Source: Raillietiella orientalis (taxonomy: Eukaryota). Taken from it: a stretch of DNA of 64,000 nucleotides. The notes beneath the pieces were generated by a model. The model was not told where the DNA came from, did no database searches, and saw nothing but the letters and a program-made list of their open reading frames with translations. The translations under genes and the position numbers were made by a program. Where the stretch lies: NCBI GenBank assembly GCA_036172245.1, contig JAYWIR010000004.1, positions 248,001-312,000 on the forward strand, written 5' to 3'. Shown one piece after another: positions 48,470 through 63,720 of the stretch (position 1 is its first letter; each line of letters starts with the position of its first letter).

Positions 48470-51200
48470 AGGAAAGGGTGGGGCAAATTCGCTCATCCCC
48501 CAGAACGCTGCGCAAGGAACGTACTTTCTAGGCTAGGCGGTATCCGGGAAGTGGGGTGCTCCCTCTTGCATGTGACCGGAGGCAAAGACCCGCACCAGCA
48601 GGGAGCTCCACTCCTTGTCAGGAGGAGACTAGGGAACAGAGTTTTCGCAGAGATGCCCCGGTCTGGGGAGCAACTTCCTTCGAGCTACCAGGTCTTTCCC
48701 CCCGCTCTCTGGAGAGCCCTCCGCGCCCGCCTGGAGTACGGGAACGGTGTGCTCAGGGCAACCTCCTCGATCTCTACCAGGATAGAAGCTGCCGATCCAC
48801 CCCCTGAGTCCCGCTCACACGTCCTGATGCTGAGAAGCACTTCCCTTGTCCACCTCCCAGAGCCCCTGGTCCTCTGCAGGACCAGCAGGACCCCGACCGC
48901 GTCCCGAGATGTCTCGGTCCTGAAACCAGAGAGACCACCAAGGGGTTCCGCGTCTCCTACAATCCTGTTTGCCCTTCCTCTTGCCTATGCGATGGAAGGG
49001 GGAGGAATAGGGGGATGAGGATGAGTGAGCATCGGATGGGATGAGCTGCCCCCATCCTGCTCTTCTGAAGGCGCAAGGTCACGACGTAAGGGGAGCTCCA
49101 CAAGAAAAGGGGAGGGGGATACTTCCCCCCCCCCTTCCCTCTTCCTGGGGCGAATGAGCACCTGTCCCAGGGCGTGAGGCGACTGACGCTGCACACCCGT
49201 GGTTTCCTCCTGGATCTCCCCCAGAAGGTTGCCACAGCGATATAATCATCTCCACAAGGCAGCTGCTGAAGCTCAGGAGTGGCACGTAGGAGGACGCGCG
49301 CATGCCCTGGGTCGGGTCGGAGCAAGCAAGAAGCGGATGGGAATGCAGTTGCGCTCCGCCGCAACGGGAGGATCCAGCACTGACATCCTGACCCCCTCCG
49401 CACGAGGTTAGAGATCCACCCCCTTCTTTGAAATGAGCAGTCCTCCTGACGACTGCCCGCGAACTTCCTTTGAACCAGGGTTCTGCCTTCTCCCCACCAT
49501 AGGGCCTGACCAGGCGGGCGCTCTCTCCTTCCCACTGGCCGACTGCGCTCTATCCGGACCTGCAGCGCTCATCTTCATCCTGGGAGCGACCATAAACGAG
49601 CTGCCCTCCCCACAGGCGAGGCTGAAGAGGACCCAAATCCTCTCGTCTCTAGGACCCCCATGGCTAGGGTTACCTACGCCTGCATTTCCTTCCGTGGTTC
49701 AGGTCTGAAGAGCTTGCTTCTCAGGGTGATCGAGCGAGTGCGTACCCGCTGCGACTCACCGGGTCCGGGAGCGATCACCAAGGCGACTGGTTCCTTCCCC
49801 CATCCCTCGCACAGAAGGGAAGGTAGATCCGGTGTGTCTTCCATTAGTAGCGATGGCCCATCCCCGCAGTGAAGAAGGGAACCGGCGGAACGGGCGGCGC
49901 TGAGAAGAACCAAGAGCGCGGAAGGACACCAACCTAGAGGGACTCTCCTCGGCTGCAGGGAAGCGTCCTCCCCTACACCGACTGCGGGAGACTTGGGGCT
50001 AGGGTTCGATCCCTCAGCTCTCTCCCACTCCTCCCGTTGCCGTCCAGAGCGCGACCACGCGGGGAGGAGACGTCTGCCAACATCCCGAGGCAAAGGTGCC
50101 CCACAAAGCAGCGGTCCCCCGAATCCGAGCTCTGGGGGGGCCATAGGGAATGACACTGGAAGCATCGAGGATCCTGGATGCTTGCCGCCATGCTCTCCCC
50201 GATCGAAAGACGTCCTTTCCATGGGAGACGAGAAGCTCCCGTTGCCCTCCTGAACGGGAGACGCCGGACGACCTTATCGGCAGCCGCCTAGCAGTGAGAC
50301 GGGGTTCTTCCATCCGAGAGAGCCTGCTGCGCATTCTAGGTTCTCCTTCCGGGGGATAGGTGGGGGAAAGGATGCTGCGTACTCTCGCCTGGAACGAATC
50401 CCACCGCTCCGTTGTCTCAGTGGATGGCCACTCCATCCACTGCGGCCTGCCCATCCGACCCGTATAGCCCCCTCCGAGCCAGAGAGCGTCGTAGCGCCTG
50501 TACCCCCTCCTTCTCGTCGCTTTCCAGCGAAGGAGTCGACCAGAGGAGGAGTAATCCTACGGGAATGGCTGCCTCCGGGAACGTACGGACGGCACCTATC
50601 TGCAAGTGGCGGTGTTCGCTCGGCGCTTTAGAACGCGTGTGCGGAGGGTCTACCTGGATGGAGCGCGCAGCGGCAAGGGTGGCACTGCAGCCTCATCTTT
50701 TGGAGGGTCCTTCAGGAGACGGAGATGTCTTCCTCCCGGGGGATCCACGGCGAGCAGCCGGGAAGCACTGCATGCCAAAAGGGACTCGACCCATCCTGTG
50801 CTCCACGCATGCTGCCGGAGTTCGACGATGGTAGAACGTCCGCGAGGCAGCTGGAAGAGATGCGGTGACAGTATGGGGAAGGAAAGGGGGGAGAGGAGGG
50901 GAGGAGAACGAGGACCCGATGCGCGGAGTAGAAGAAAGCGCCGACGAGGAAGGTGGCGCCCCATGCAATCTCTAGCAGGCTGCGCAGGAGCAGTGTTTTG
51001 AAGAAAACGAGACGCCGCCCCTTCGAACACGGAGGTGGCGGGTGGGGGGGAGGGTGACCGGAAACGCCAGGCGCTCCAGGCGGGAAGACGGGAAGGGTGG
51101 CGCCTCTTCTTCCACAGCACCCCTCGGCACCTGCGGCATTCCGTGCTCTCGACCCCTCCCTCCCTTGCAACCCGCCATCGAAAATCTGGGAAGCTGCGAA
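48470..51200 (+). mobile_element. DIRS-like retrotransposon remnant R3 (mirror of L3)
   Basis: SYQVFP (~48685), WISP..YNHL (cf. WSP..HINxL), IGPDQAGALS (cf. IPGxxNxxADALS), LLLRVIERVR (~49715, cf. LLxRVLxKIR) and ILCSTHA (~50795, cf. LCPVRA). Confidence 0.4.
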
Positions 51201-54200
51201 ATCCCAGAGCGTCCTCGGATTAGGTTCCTGGACGGCCTCTCTTCAATCTTAGGGAGGTTGCAGGAGCTCCGAAATCTTTGCATGCTGGTCTTGCTCTGCT
51301 CCGCTTGCTCTTGTGGAGGGCCCGATCTCCTCCAAGCTGCCGGGTGGGCTGCCGGGTGCGCACGCTCGCAGCCTTTAACAAGCCAGAGAAGCTCTGCGCA
51401 GGAGAAGGAGGAGGAGGAGTCCACGAGGAAGGAGTCCGGTTAGACACGGATGATGTGGTCAGCATCGCCTGCAGCGCTTTCCTGCCACGGAGGCGTAGCC
51501 ATCGAGCCCAGGGCGGAGCGGTATCCGCTGCCCTTTGGTTCCTCCGGGGAGACCCAAGCCGAGGTCGCGCACCAGCGGGGGATCCCCGGATCACGATGGC
51601 GGCGGACGCTGGGAGGACTCCTGGAGAGAAGGGCAGATGAAGATCACCGCCTCGCAGGCGCGCACGGAGGTGAACACACTGGACTCCAAGAGGACGCGCG
51701 GAGGAGACTCCCCCTGCGCTTCCTCCAAGGGAGGACGAAGGAGGAAGCGCGCCGCCGCCGCCGTCGCAGCCGAGCACCTGCTGCGGAGAGAGAGAGAAAG
51801 AGAGAGAGAAAGAGAGGGCTGGCTGGCCGGTGGACGGTCGGACGCCTCGCAGAGCGTTCGACTTTCTCCGGGCAGGTTGGCCAACCCCGACAGAATGCGA
51901 CTCCGCGTCGCTGGTCTTGTGCAACCCGAATGCCTCTCTGCTCTTCGGGAGAATTCGCGCCCGGTGCTCGCAAGGAGGCGATTTCTTCCCGGGCTGAGGC
52001 GCGGCTTTCGACCTGCGCAGCCGTCGAGCGCTGGAGGGCGGCGTCCTCATCCCTTTGTCTTCCGCGCCCGGGCACGAAAGAAAGTCCGTGGTGAAACCCC
52101 TCTTCGACGTCCCGTGCGGGAAAGCTCGCGCACCCGGGATTGCTTCTTTCGGACTCTTACCGGATGCCGGAGGAGGGAAAGCCTTTTTTTTTTTTCCTTT
52201 GCTAAAAATATGTTTTTGCTTCTTCAACTTTCACTTTCATCCACCGGGCGCGCGCTCTGAAGAAAGTTGCGAGTTGAATTCTGTGGGCGCGCGCGCGCTG
52301 GCAACGCCTGGACCGCGACGCTTGCCGTCTGGGCGGCTCTTATAGAGGAAAAGTGGCACACTCCTCTTCACAAAGTGTCGTCGCATCCCGTCGGGTGCGC
52401 GGCCCGCGAACTACGGGAGCGATGCTCGCTAGTCCGAATCGCCGTGGAAACGCGCAGGCTGCTGCCGTGCGCGCCGCGCATCGGTAAGCAACTCACGAGC
52501 ACCCATTTTGTCTTGTTCCCTGCGTTTCCAGAGAGGGCTGCGAGAGCCCCGCCCGAGGCGCGGTTAGCGCGGGAGACGAGGGCCGAGCGGCTTCACCCAG
52601 CCAGGAGTTTCCCTCCTCCTTCCAAGGGGCGAACGCGCGAGTGCATCTGCTCCTCGCTTGGGCTACCCGGATTCCTGAGCGGCAGCGATCGAACCGGATG
52701 GGGAAGTGGGCACGGAAATTGGAGTAGGTACGGTGCCTGAAGGAAATCCCTTGGGAAAGTACATTTGTTGGGCAGAAAAACAAAAAGCAGGGACAAGGGA
52801 TGACCCGGCTGTGTACGACACGACCTCGTACTAACGGCGAGTCTTCACCCGAATTTTTTTTTTTTTTTGGTCCGGAGCGGACGAGAACGCGCCTTTGCTC
52901 CTGAGTGGAGGGGGCCATCTGCTCCCTCCATCCAAGAGAGGAGTGGAGGGAGCAGACTGAGGACTCTCTGCTGAAGCAGCACGTGGCTCACAGCATCCCA
53001 ATCTTCCCATTCATTAGAGCTTCGGAGATCTCGAGAGCACGTCTCTGCGTGGCCAGGTCGCGAAGTGAATGACGCATCCTTCTCCTCCCCTCCTGCTGAA
53101 ACTCTGTCCCACCGGAATTCGTAAATGAGTTGAAATGCCACCGGCATCCCCCTCCCGTCAGCCATGATGCTTTCCCCTTAAAGACACGGAGGAATTCCAA
53201 TGCAAACCTTCCCTTTTTTTGTCCCTCGCTATGACGAGCCAATCCGTTGATGACCTGCCGACTGTAAGTAGTAATTATTAAGCATCCTATGCCTCTACGC
53301 GGGTCGCCGGGACATCCCGTCCCAGCATCCTCGGACCATTGATTCAAAATAAATAAATAGAATGGAGACGCAATCAGGAAGGGTCAAGCAACCGGCGGCC
53401 CGTAACTAAAGGGTCCGAACCTCCCCAGAGACATGACTAGGGAAGGTTGCCCTGGAGATGCCGGCGCATTCGGCGTCTCTTCAACGCAAGGAACCGCTCC
53501 AGGCACGCGTCGAAGAAAGGGAAATGACACCACGTTGGTGCCCTGAGAAGGAGTGGTAGTGGCGGGCAGGAACCCTCTGAAACGAGAAGCACGAAACTCC
53601 AGAACAGCCGTGACCTCACTCCCCCCCCCCCCCCCCAAGAGCGCCAGGCGCCCATCTTCAGTGGTGCCAAGGAGCATCCGATGGCTACTGTGGAAGAGAC
53701 ACGTGAGAGCAGACGGAGTACCCGTGGGTGAAGAAGCCAAGAGGCTCTCCGAACAGGAACAGGCGGAGTTCCTGATTTCGAAATCCGCGTCCTTGAAGCT
53801 CGCGGACGAACCACCGTGTCTCTTGAGCACCAGACTCTTCCCGAAACCTCGGCTCCCGCACCAAGAGAGCCTGCATTCATCATCTCGAACCATTGCGTTC
53901 GCGTCGCCACGGGGCTCTTGAATTCATCGACCCATGGGATCAAGGATTTCGCCGGAAAACCCAGAATGCGGAATCCGATTTGAACTTTTGATTTCGTTTC
54001 CTAGAAACGAAAGAAGGGGGGAGGAGAAGAAGGGAGTCAAAGGAATAACCTTTATATGATTATGTTCCAGGAAAACCAACAAGAGCTGGTGGCGGTTCCA
54101 AGAATCACCGAAAGCAAGAGGAAGAATTCGTCCCCCAAGGGCTACTCTGACGCTGCCCGCTTCGGCGGAACACGCGAACACCGCCGAGGCTTTAGGGACG

Positions 54201-55744
54201 CGCTGCGACACCAGTAGGCGCTGCTCGTCGCTTTTTCGAGCGCGCGCAGTAGCAACGGACTTGGAGAGAGGTGTGATCGACCGGAAGGCAGAAGGTTCTG
54301 GAAGGAGTGAGCGCCACCGGAAGATTCGGGGAAGGTTTGCGACGCCACTCACCCAAGAGAGAAGGAGGGGGAGGGGGAGAGGGGGGGACGGAAACGAGAG
54401 GAATCCGTCTTGAAACGAGGCGGAGGGAGACGAAAGAACGGCCTGCCCGGTGTTCTCTTCGGGAAGGCCAGTGCCGAGGAGGGAGAAAAGGGCGCAAACG
54501 CCCACATCCGTGTTCCTCGTGAACCAGGGGATAGGCGGTTCGCCTAGCAGCCTAACGGAGGCGAATCTCACCCCACCCCACACCTTAACCACCCCACGGG
54601 ATTTCTCCGTGTGGTCCACCGATGATCTGAGCATGCAATTCTTGCGGCGAAACTCGCAGGCGAAAAGCGAAAGGGAGAGAGGGGGAGGGGGCGGGGAAGG
54701 CGATAATGAGAATGACGCCCGAAACACTGCTGAACTGGCGGATCAGATTTTTTTTTTTTTTTTCCGCCCAAGGACATGGGAATTTTTTAATGGACGGAAG
54801 TCGAGCGCGGGCGGCAGAGGGCACCTCGCCTGAATTCGCGTGGGGAAACGCCCTCCGCGAAGGGTCGCCAGCGCCAAGGAAAGAGAAGTGACCGAGCGCC
54901 GAATTCCGGATCCTCAGCAGGTGGAAAGCCGGGGAACGGGGGCTCCCCCGCGTTGGGAAGAGAGCGTTCCCAAAGGCGTTTTTCCAGGGATCCTAAGGAG
55001 AATCCAAAAGGCCTCTCGCGCACCCGTCCCCGGGGACCTGGAAGCGCCGCGCCTCCCTAGCGAACTCCACGCCCAGCGGTCGAGGTTCAAGAAGTACCGC
55101 GCATGCGCTCCGGCCTGAGGCGGGAGCGCAGATGCCGCCCGCCAAGACGCCACTTTTCCTTTTGTTCCCTGCGCGCAGTCAGAATCTCGACCCTCTGCTG
55201 CTGCTGGCTTGGAAACAAAGGTCACTTCTTGTCCGTCGAAGGCACCTGGAGAAACTCGCAGAGCTTGCGTGTGAAAACCTCTGCAAAACACAGTGGCCAC
55301 CCTAAGTGTGTCATAGTCGCACCTTAGGGGGAATCATGCCCCGGTTGGAATTCGGAAACTGCAATGCTCTCGGACAAGACACTTGCGCGGCCGTGACAAC
55401 GGGTGGAGAAGTACGGAAGCGGATCTGCGAATGGAAGCGGCGCAGCAGGGGGTCGCGGCAGCGGCCGCCCGAACGCGAGCTGGGGGCGAAGAGGGCACGG
55501 GTTGGGTGTCTCCCTGGGGGACCGTAGAGCAGTGGTGCTCGGGCACTCCGGGGCAAGGGGCGGAAAGCCGCTGCATGCGCTCTCGGGGCTTCTCGCTCCG
55601 CTGCTGGCGGCACTCGGGCGAGGAGGAAGGAACCGCATGAGGGTCTCGGGATAGTGGGCCTTGGGCTCCGTTAAACATGCTCAGTGGCTCCTTACTTTCC
55701 CGGACGCCGCCGAGAACGGAACGAGAAGCTCCGAACCTACCTAG

Positions 55745-56685
<941 letters not shown>

Positions 56686-57029
56686 ATTCGAAAGCGAATG
56701 GGAACCTTCCAGAAAGCACATCAAAGAAAGGAAACCAAGCTGTAGGAACCCCACTCTCGGATGGGGCTCGAGCTCAGCTCGTGCGATCAGCACCCTGGGA
56801 TGCTGCAGCCCCGGGAACGACAGCGGCGTCCTGCACCAGGTGGAAATTCCAAGAACCAACTCTGTTTGTTGAGCGCCGGAGGGATTGCATTGAATAAAGG
56901 GGCCAAGGTCTTTGAGGTCTTCGCCATGCTCATGTCCTTTCCATCTTGTTCTGCCCGTGGAAGGTTACGGAATCGCCTCTCACATCCCCATCGGTTGTTT
57001 CTTGGACGTCAATGTCCTGGGCGATTCCT

Positions 57030-57370
57030 CTGTCGTGAAGGATGTTCCAACGCGTGAGCCCGACGGATACCACGGCCTCATTGGCTGGTAGGAGCGTCTC
57101 CTTCTGCAGAGACATAGCCGCGGGAGCTCCAGCTGTCCCATCACCTCTTCCTCGGAGGCATCCCAGCACGCTGGAGAGCCAACTAGCAGGGCTCGAGCGC
57201 TCGTACGGACATCCTTCGTCGACGTGGAGACAGAGAGGTCTTTCCATCCGGTCCGCTTTCTGTCCCGAGCGGTCCGGAGATCTCGAAGGGGCAGGCATAT
57301 CGTCCGGGCTGGCTGCTCCTCCCTTCCCATCCCCCCCTTCCTTGCTCGGTGCACCCAGATCCGGAAGGAG
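57030..57370 (-). pseudogene. H4: Histone H4, frameshifted (mirror of 11040-11350)
   Basis: KEGGDGKGGA (57343-57314, cf. KGGKGLGKGGA), PLRD, SEEEVMGQLE and ANEAVVSVGLTRWNILHDRG (cf. [20 protein letters not shown]). Confidence 0.5.
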
Positions 57371-58639
57371 ACGAGCTCGCCGCAGGGCATCGCTTCCCGG
57401 CTGACTCACTCCCATTGCCGTCTTCAATCGGTGGAACGGTGCGTCGTGTCGTCCCCCAAAATGCTCAGGAGAGGGCGCCATGCACCATACAAAGTGGTGT
57501 TCCACCTCGAACTGGATGTCTTCATCAGCTGCGATCTTGTTCGCGCTGCAAATGCCCGACAGGGAGGACACTGAACCTCTCGGGAATCTGCAGTCCGAAA
57601 GTTCGACACACTCTCCAAAAGGGTGAGGGTAGCTTCTGTGTGATCCAGAAGGTGACGTCACCAATAGCAGCGGCGTCTGCCGGACGCACCGACCAGCACG
57701 CTCCCTGAAAGATCCCTCAGACTGCGCGGCGGAACCTCAAGCCTCTCGGAAGAGCGAAACTCGAGCAGGAAAGCTCGGACCAGCAGCGTGAAGCCGCTTC
57801 CCCCCCCCCCCCCTTCACGTTGCCGGGAGGAAGGCTGCGAGTTCGAATCCTGCTGGTGGATCCCATCTGACAGAGCTGCCTCACCTCAAGGAGGAGCACC
57901 GTACGCCCCTATCGCAGGCCGGACTGTCACCCACAGCAACACCAGAACCGGGAGGGGATCGACGAAACGGTGGGAACCTGAAAGGAGAGGAAGAGTCACG
58001 TCCTCCCTAGCCGTACCGCACCTCCGAGGTGCGTGAGGGGGAAAAGAAGCTCGGCGAGGAGATCATTCGGCTCGGTGGATCAGGGGACGTAACGGTGGCG
58101 CCCGCATCTGAGCGCGGCACCCCAGAGGGGAAGGCCTGCTTCCGTGCCGCACACTTCGGCGTCGGAGCAGCTACTGTACTCAACGCGCAGGAAGCGAATC
58201 GAATTGGAACCACCTCTTCACTGCATCGGAACCTATAGAAATGGGGGTGGAGGAGGAAGGAGGGGGAGGGACAGGAGTGACGGATGACCTCGTCTCTTCT
58301 CGTTGCATAACAACGTCGGGTACAGCACGCTGACATGAAGGTCGGAATGCGGTGCCAGAGAAACAGGTGCTTGGCAACCAGTTTTTCTGGAAAGGGTGAG
58401 AACTCGAGAAGAAGAGATTCGCGCATAAATGACGCGCGAGCCACCGGGCATGCGCAGATTTCCTCCTGAACAGCGGCGCGGGCCAAGGGGAACCGAAATC
58501 TCCAAGAGATCTTTATCGGATCGAAAGGCGTGCGTACGCACGAGGCGGGGCACTAAGACACGCGCGTGCGCTTCGCGCTCGAGACAAAGTAAGCGGGGGA
58601 AAGAAGAAAACAAAAAAGGAAACGAGAAAGTAGGCAGTA

Positions 58640-60750
58640 GGCGAGGACGCGGGCTCGAATCTGTCTTCTTCTTCGCAGGGGGCTGGAGTGCGCGCGCTCG
58701 TAAGAGCTGCTGGGGGAGATGCGGAGCGTGCCATCCAAGGACCAAGGGCTGCTCCACTCGACCGCGAAAAAGCGCTCCCTGGGAAAGGGTAGGGAGGGAA
58801 GAGGAGGTCTCTTCCAGCTTCACCTCACCCTCTGCCCCCCGGAGCGGCTCTGAGAAAGCGCCGCCACCCCCGCCGCCGTCGGGCGCGAGCGGGTGGTACC
58901 TGGGCAAGTGGAGGGCGCGTGCACACCTGCGACCGCCCATGCAGCGGAAAACGCAGTTGCTTCTGCGATCTTTCCGGCCAGTGCTGCCCCCTCGGCTCGC
59001 AGCCGGAACCTGTTCCTCCAGTCAAAACAAGAGGTCATATCTCTGCCTCCCTTTGACTTTGAGCATGTCCAGAGTGTCAATGAACGTGACGACTGCTTTT
59101 CGGCGTCACGTGCCGCGCGTTGGTCTTGGCCTGTTGTTCCCTTGGACCGGAGCGGTTCCGAGGGACTCTTCGACAGGGAAGGGGGAGGGGAGCGAGACGC
59201 AGTCGTTGTTGCCTTGGGGACCGTGCGAAAGCTTTCGCCGGCGGCACGCTGCCACTTTTTCCAGGAAAACAGGGGAGAGAAGCACCAAAAGGTAGAATTC
59301 CATCACCCCTCTGTTTTGAAAGCACCAGGGCTCGGACAGGACCGGCAGGAAGGGGGCAAGCAGGAGGGGCCAACGCAGGAGAACGCCTGTTGCTCCGGGC
59401 CGCGCGCAGTAGGAGCATCTGGGGCGTCTCCGGGCAAGGCGGACGGCGGCTGAAGATTCGAGAACCCGAGTCTCCGTGAGTGGAGGCGGCGCACGCCCTC
59501 TCGCGGTGCTGCACGTGCGGTTCCCACCCTTCCCGCGCGATGTCTGCGGGGAACGCCAGCAGCGAAGGCTCCCCCTCACACCCTTCTTGGCAGGGCGGGG
59601 CTGCTCCGGCGAGTGGGCGCGAGCACGTGCTCGGACCGGGAAACTGCGGCGGCCGCCGCCGCAGAGATCGGATCGGTCGCTCCCAGGGGCGAGGGGTGAA
59701 AGTCTTCGTGACAAGGAGGATGACAGCAGCAGAGCCAAGCGGCGGGCCGTGCATGCGCGATGCGGAAAGGAGCGGCGCGCAAAGGTGCCGGCTGGGCGAC
59801 GGATTAGTGAGCGAATTCGATATGCAGGACACACGGCCCGTCTTCCAGGGAGCCCGCGGCCGTCTCCCCCCCCTCCACGGGAATGGCGAGCAAGGAGAAA
59901 CGTCAGTTCCCTATGGAATCCTCTTGCCCGGAGGTACTCCCAGGACGCCAATTCCGATACCCCTCGGAGACCATGAAGCTGAAGCGAGCTGGTCCGAGGA
60001 CTCTCCAGGCCAAGCGCTCCGCGTGCTCCGGGCTCCGGGAAGCCGACTGTCCCGAAGGGCGCGCGCGGGTCCGGAGCAAGGAGGAGCGTCCTTCCCGCAG
60101 ACTCTTTATTTTTCCGGGATCATCCACCTCATCTCCTTGAGGGTCTCCTGTGACCCTGGTTCTCGAGCAAGCTGGCCGGTTCCGGGCAACTCCGCGAAAT
60201 CGATCTCTAGCATCTCTCTAGCGATTTCGTCCACCCTCTGCGACGCCAGGGTGCAGAGACGCCACCACCTCCACCTCCCGCGCTCTCGGAGGGCCGCAGC
60301 GGGCTTCCGGGAGATAATTCCGAAGCGCCCTGCAGCGGGAGCGCGCGGGGACGTGGGAACTCGAGATGCTGGGCTCCGAGCAGCGCGCGTGCCGCCAGAC
60401 CGCTCTTGGGAGCGAATCAGGTCAACGAAGGCACAGATCCGAACGTCTCCCGCGACCATGCGGCGGAGAACGGCGGGAGCTTTTAGCCGGGGACTTCCGT
60501 GTGCACGGGGAGCCAAGCAAAGTTCGCGTTCACAGAGCGACCTGCAGGGCGGAGGTTGCTGTCTCTCCCCCTTCCTTGCGGAAGGGGGATGCAGGCCAAG
60601 AAGGGGCAAGCAGAACTGCTGGTTTTGGGACCGGCCATCCGAGGAGTCACGAATTCTGAACGGGGCAGTCCTCGCGCGCGCACGTTGATGGGGAAAAAAA
60701 TGGCAGATGGACCGACCCGCCGCTGCACGAACAGAAATTGGTAGAAGACG
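58640..60750 (+). mobile_element. DIRS-like retrotransposon remnant R2 (mirror of L2)
   Basis: GLESVFFFAGGW (~58650, cf. GFYSxLF..GGW), YLCLPLTLSMSRV (~59038, cf. FxCLPFGLSxAPRV), QTLYF..SLRVS (~60100, cf. KTLFL..SAxRVS) and AIRGVTNS (~60635, cf. HxIRGVAxS). Confidence 0.5.
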
Positions 60751-61639
60751 GACGTAAACTAAATAACGCTGCTTTCTGATTAATGATAATACTTCCTCCC
60801 CCCTCCTCCCATTTTATTTGGTTATGCCGTTGCATAGATGCACGGCGTAGCCATCATTACTGATCGCGGCGAGATAAGGGCATTATCATGACGCCCTGAG
60901 CAGCGTATAGCGGGGTGCGTTCATTGCGAGCAGAAGACTTTTCTCGGTTCCTTTCTTGCGAACGCGAATGCTTTTTTTCGAATCCTCTCGAAACAAGAAG
61001 AAAGAAAGAGGCTTTTGTTGATCTGTGATTCACAAGGGCATACTCTTGAAAATTGAGCCAAGCACATCGAAGGAAAGTGGCCACTGCCGTTGCCGCTTCG
61101 TCCTGCTTCATTCAAGGGTGACTGATGGAGCGATGGGGAATGCCAACTAAAGGAAAACGGGGGAGCACACTGGGGATTCGCATCTTGCGAGGACAGTCGA
61201 GCAGAGCTCCGCGATGGGTCACGCAACGGCTTGGGGACTCGGCTTCCGTGTTATCACTTGCGAGGATCCAGAAGCGCCCCGATCCGCAATAGCAGTCGCT
61301 CATCCGAGTCGGGACCCTCCTCTTCTACCAAGTGCGCACTTGACCGTGGCGCAAAAAAAGGTGCTTGATAAACGCTCCTCCGGGGAGTGGGCTATGGTAT
61401 TTCGGTGGATATTTGTTTACACGAAACCAGCACATTCTCCCCACAGCGAAGAGACTCTCCGTTTACCCAACCTTGTCAGCACGGCTTTGATCATTTTCTG
61501 CAGCCGTGCCTAGTAGTCTTCCGCTTCCCGCCTCGACTATTACTACATTTTATCCGCTCTTCATTGGTTTCATTTCTTATATAGTACAGACAGTTTCCTG
61601 GCTCGATGCTTTCTTGACAAGCACTTCTTCGAGCGGTTC

Positions 61640-62350
61640 GACGGTCACCAGCAGCGCCTTCTCAATGCAAAAGTCTCTCAACAGCGCACTGCCAGTGTCT
61701 CGTGGCCTTTCGTTTGGGTGACCTCCTGCAAAACAAATGACAGACCACTCATCTCTTCAGGCTGGTCGCAGCACAATTCACGTCACTTTGTTGAACCAGC
61801 GTCGTGTTTTCTTGAAGGGACCCCCAGAACCTTCGAATGTCCGTTTGTGTTCGAGCTGATCAAAGATGTCATGGCTGTTTCGTCTCGTTAAACCCGTTTG
61901 ACAAAAGAACCGATGATTATTGAAAAGATATCCATACAGGTATTTTGGCATTTCGTCCACGGCTATCCGGATAACTTTAGATTGCAGCACACCCTCAGAG
62001 CTAAACGATCAGCCACACGGCAATCAGATCTCCAATGTCGCCACCACATGGAACAGCTGAACCAACCTGCAACGAAACCAATCTTCCCAGATGGAAGCTG
62101 TTTCCGCTGCCGAGCAAGCGTATGGAAGAGACTCTGATCACTCCGTCCATCTGGTCACTTTTGAATGGTCTCTGAAGCATTCCCAGCGTTGCGAATGGCA
62201 CGTCTTAGAAAAAAATGGCTTACGGATGACAGATTCGCGGACAGGCTGAGGAAAAATTTGGATTCAGATTCCTTCGATACTTCTTCACCCGAGTCGCTTC
62301 GGTGTCTGAAGACATAGCATGCGAAACAGATGATTCCAACGAAACTGCAC
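61640..62350 (-). mobile_element. Harbinger/PIF transposase remnant
   Basis: NHLFRM (~62325), IRLLGSGNSF (~62120, cf. LRYLASGNSF), LQ..AVDE..KYLY..G..SHDIF (61985-61860, cf. LQAVVD..KFLY..G..HD..IF) and AVE/TFALRRRCW (~61685, cf. VExAFGxLKxRW). Confidence 0.55.
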
Positions 62351-62849
62351 CGCAGTCTCCTTCCGAAGTTTCCGGCCTTGGTAAATTAGCGAACACGCAG
62401 ATCGATCTTTCGAAGGAATCGAAGGAGGAAAAACGTGGAATGTTTCGTGTGTGTTCCAGGGCCGTTCGAACACGAGGGTCGCGTACTGAAATCCAAGCCG
62501 ATGTTTAATCGGAAGGCTCAGCTTTCAGAGCAGCGATTGGCATGGATACACTTCCCATAGGCTAATGCTGGGTTGCCAGCTCCATTTTCTTATCCGGAAA
62601 TAACATGAGCGGATTCATTTCTGCCCACGACAATTATTTTTAGTTCCTAGTAGTAGAAGGCAATTGAGCAATTTTCTTACTAGCAATAAACTGGTTTAGT
62701 AAACATGTAGTAGGAACTACTTACCTCGATCTTTTTTTCTTTTTTTTTTGACCCCTCTGAACGATAGTTAATGATTCCGTTTGAACTGAAAATCATGCAT
62801 CCGCGAGTGGCAACCGCAATAAAAAAAAAAAAACACGTGGACGATAAGA

Positions 62850-63720
62850 ACCCCATCGTACAAGGAAATGCATATCTTCAGAGGGTCTTTCCATCGAATC
62901 CAAGAGTCCAAAGTTTTACTGTTACTTTATGGGTATCAGTGGCTTAAAAACAGAGTGAAATGCTTTCTTCGTGCAGTTGCAAGGGAAGAGAGAGAGAGAA
63001 GAAGAAAAATGTAACACGTATGTTTGTTGTTCATCGCGATCCCGATTGTATGCTAATGTGAGTTACGGTAAAGAGACGTGTTTCTTTCTGAAAACATTTG
63101 TGTGTCGGTCTCGAATTTCTATTCAGGAAGGTAATCAATCGCCTCACTTATCATGTGTGTCCGTGTCGGTCGATCACCGTCGTCCAACGCTTCAAGCTGT
63201 ATTCACTAGCACAAGTTCAATAATTCCCAACTCAAAATGTGGTTTTGTTTATCCTGCTGTGCCAGGAACAATCTTAGAGATTACTTTCCCATATATGTTC
63301 CTGGCACAGAGATATTTCAAGGGATCTCTAAGATCACTTTGAAATATCTCGGTGACAACTGATGGACAGAACTGCTGCTGATTCGAAAACGTTTTTTGTA
63401 ATTAGCCAAATCTATTTTTTTTTTTTCTACTAAAATCCAGTTCCATGAACTTGGAGTTCGTGCCCCAGCTTTGCCCCAAGTACTGACATGAATAAGAAAA
63501 TGAGGCAGACATGAAAGAGGAAACAACACCATAAAAAAAAATAATTTTGAAATACATGAGTATTGAGAAAGGGAGGAGGAGGAGAAACAAAATATAATAG
63601 ATTTCCACCCATCATATCGAGGAAGAAACTTGTGGACATCGGATTATTTCTAACATTTTATTTGTCTGGAACAACTGTAAATCAGTAACACATACAGATA
63701 TTTTTTAAAAAGAATGGAAA
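62850..63720 (+). mobile_element. Possible DIRS RT remnant in AT-rich sequence (mirror of L1 RT)
   Basis: IVQG, SRLY (~63040), KYL, QFHEL..AP (~63440-63478) and N-x-KSV (~63675) occur in RT order and at mirror positions of 5.4-4.6 kb. Weak match. Confidence 0.3.

Noticed and set aside
54800..55300. Mirror copy of H2B on the minus strand
   Set aside because: It is expected from the symmetry, but only very weak fragments (QALRVSP, SPREF) are visible, which is not enough to call.
57380..57550. A plus-strand DIRS RT start (SPQGIASRL..GGTVRRVV..VFHLE)
   Set aside because: It is not followed by downstream RT motifs and lies between the histone remnants. A better, position-consistent RT start exists at ~58650, which shows by-eye motif matching can give false positives.
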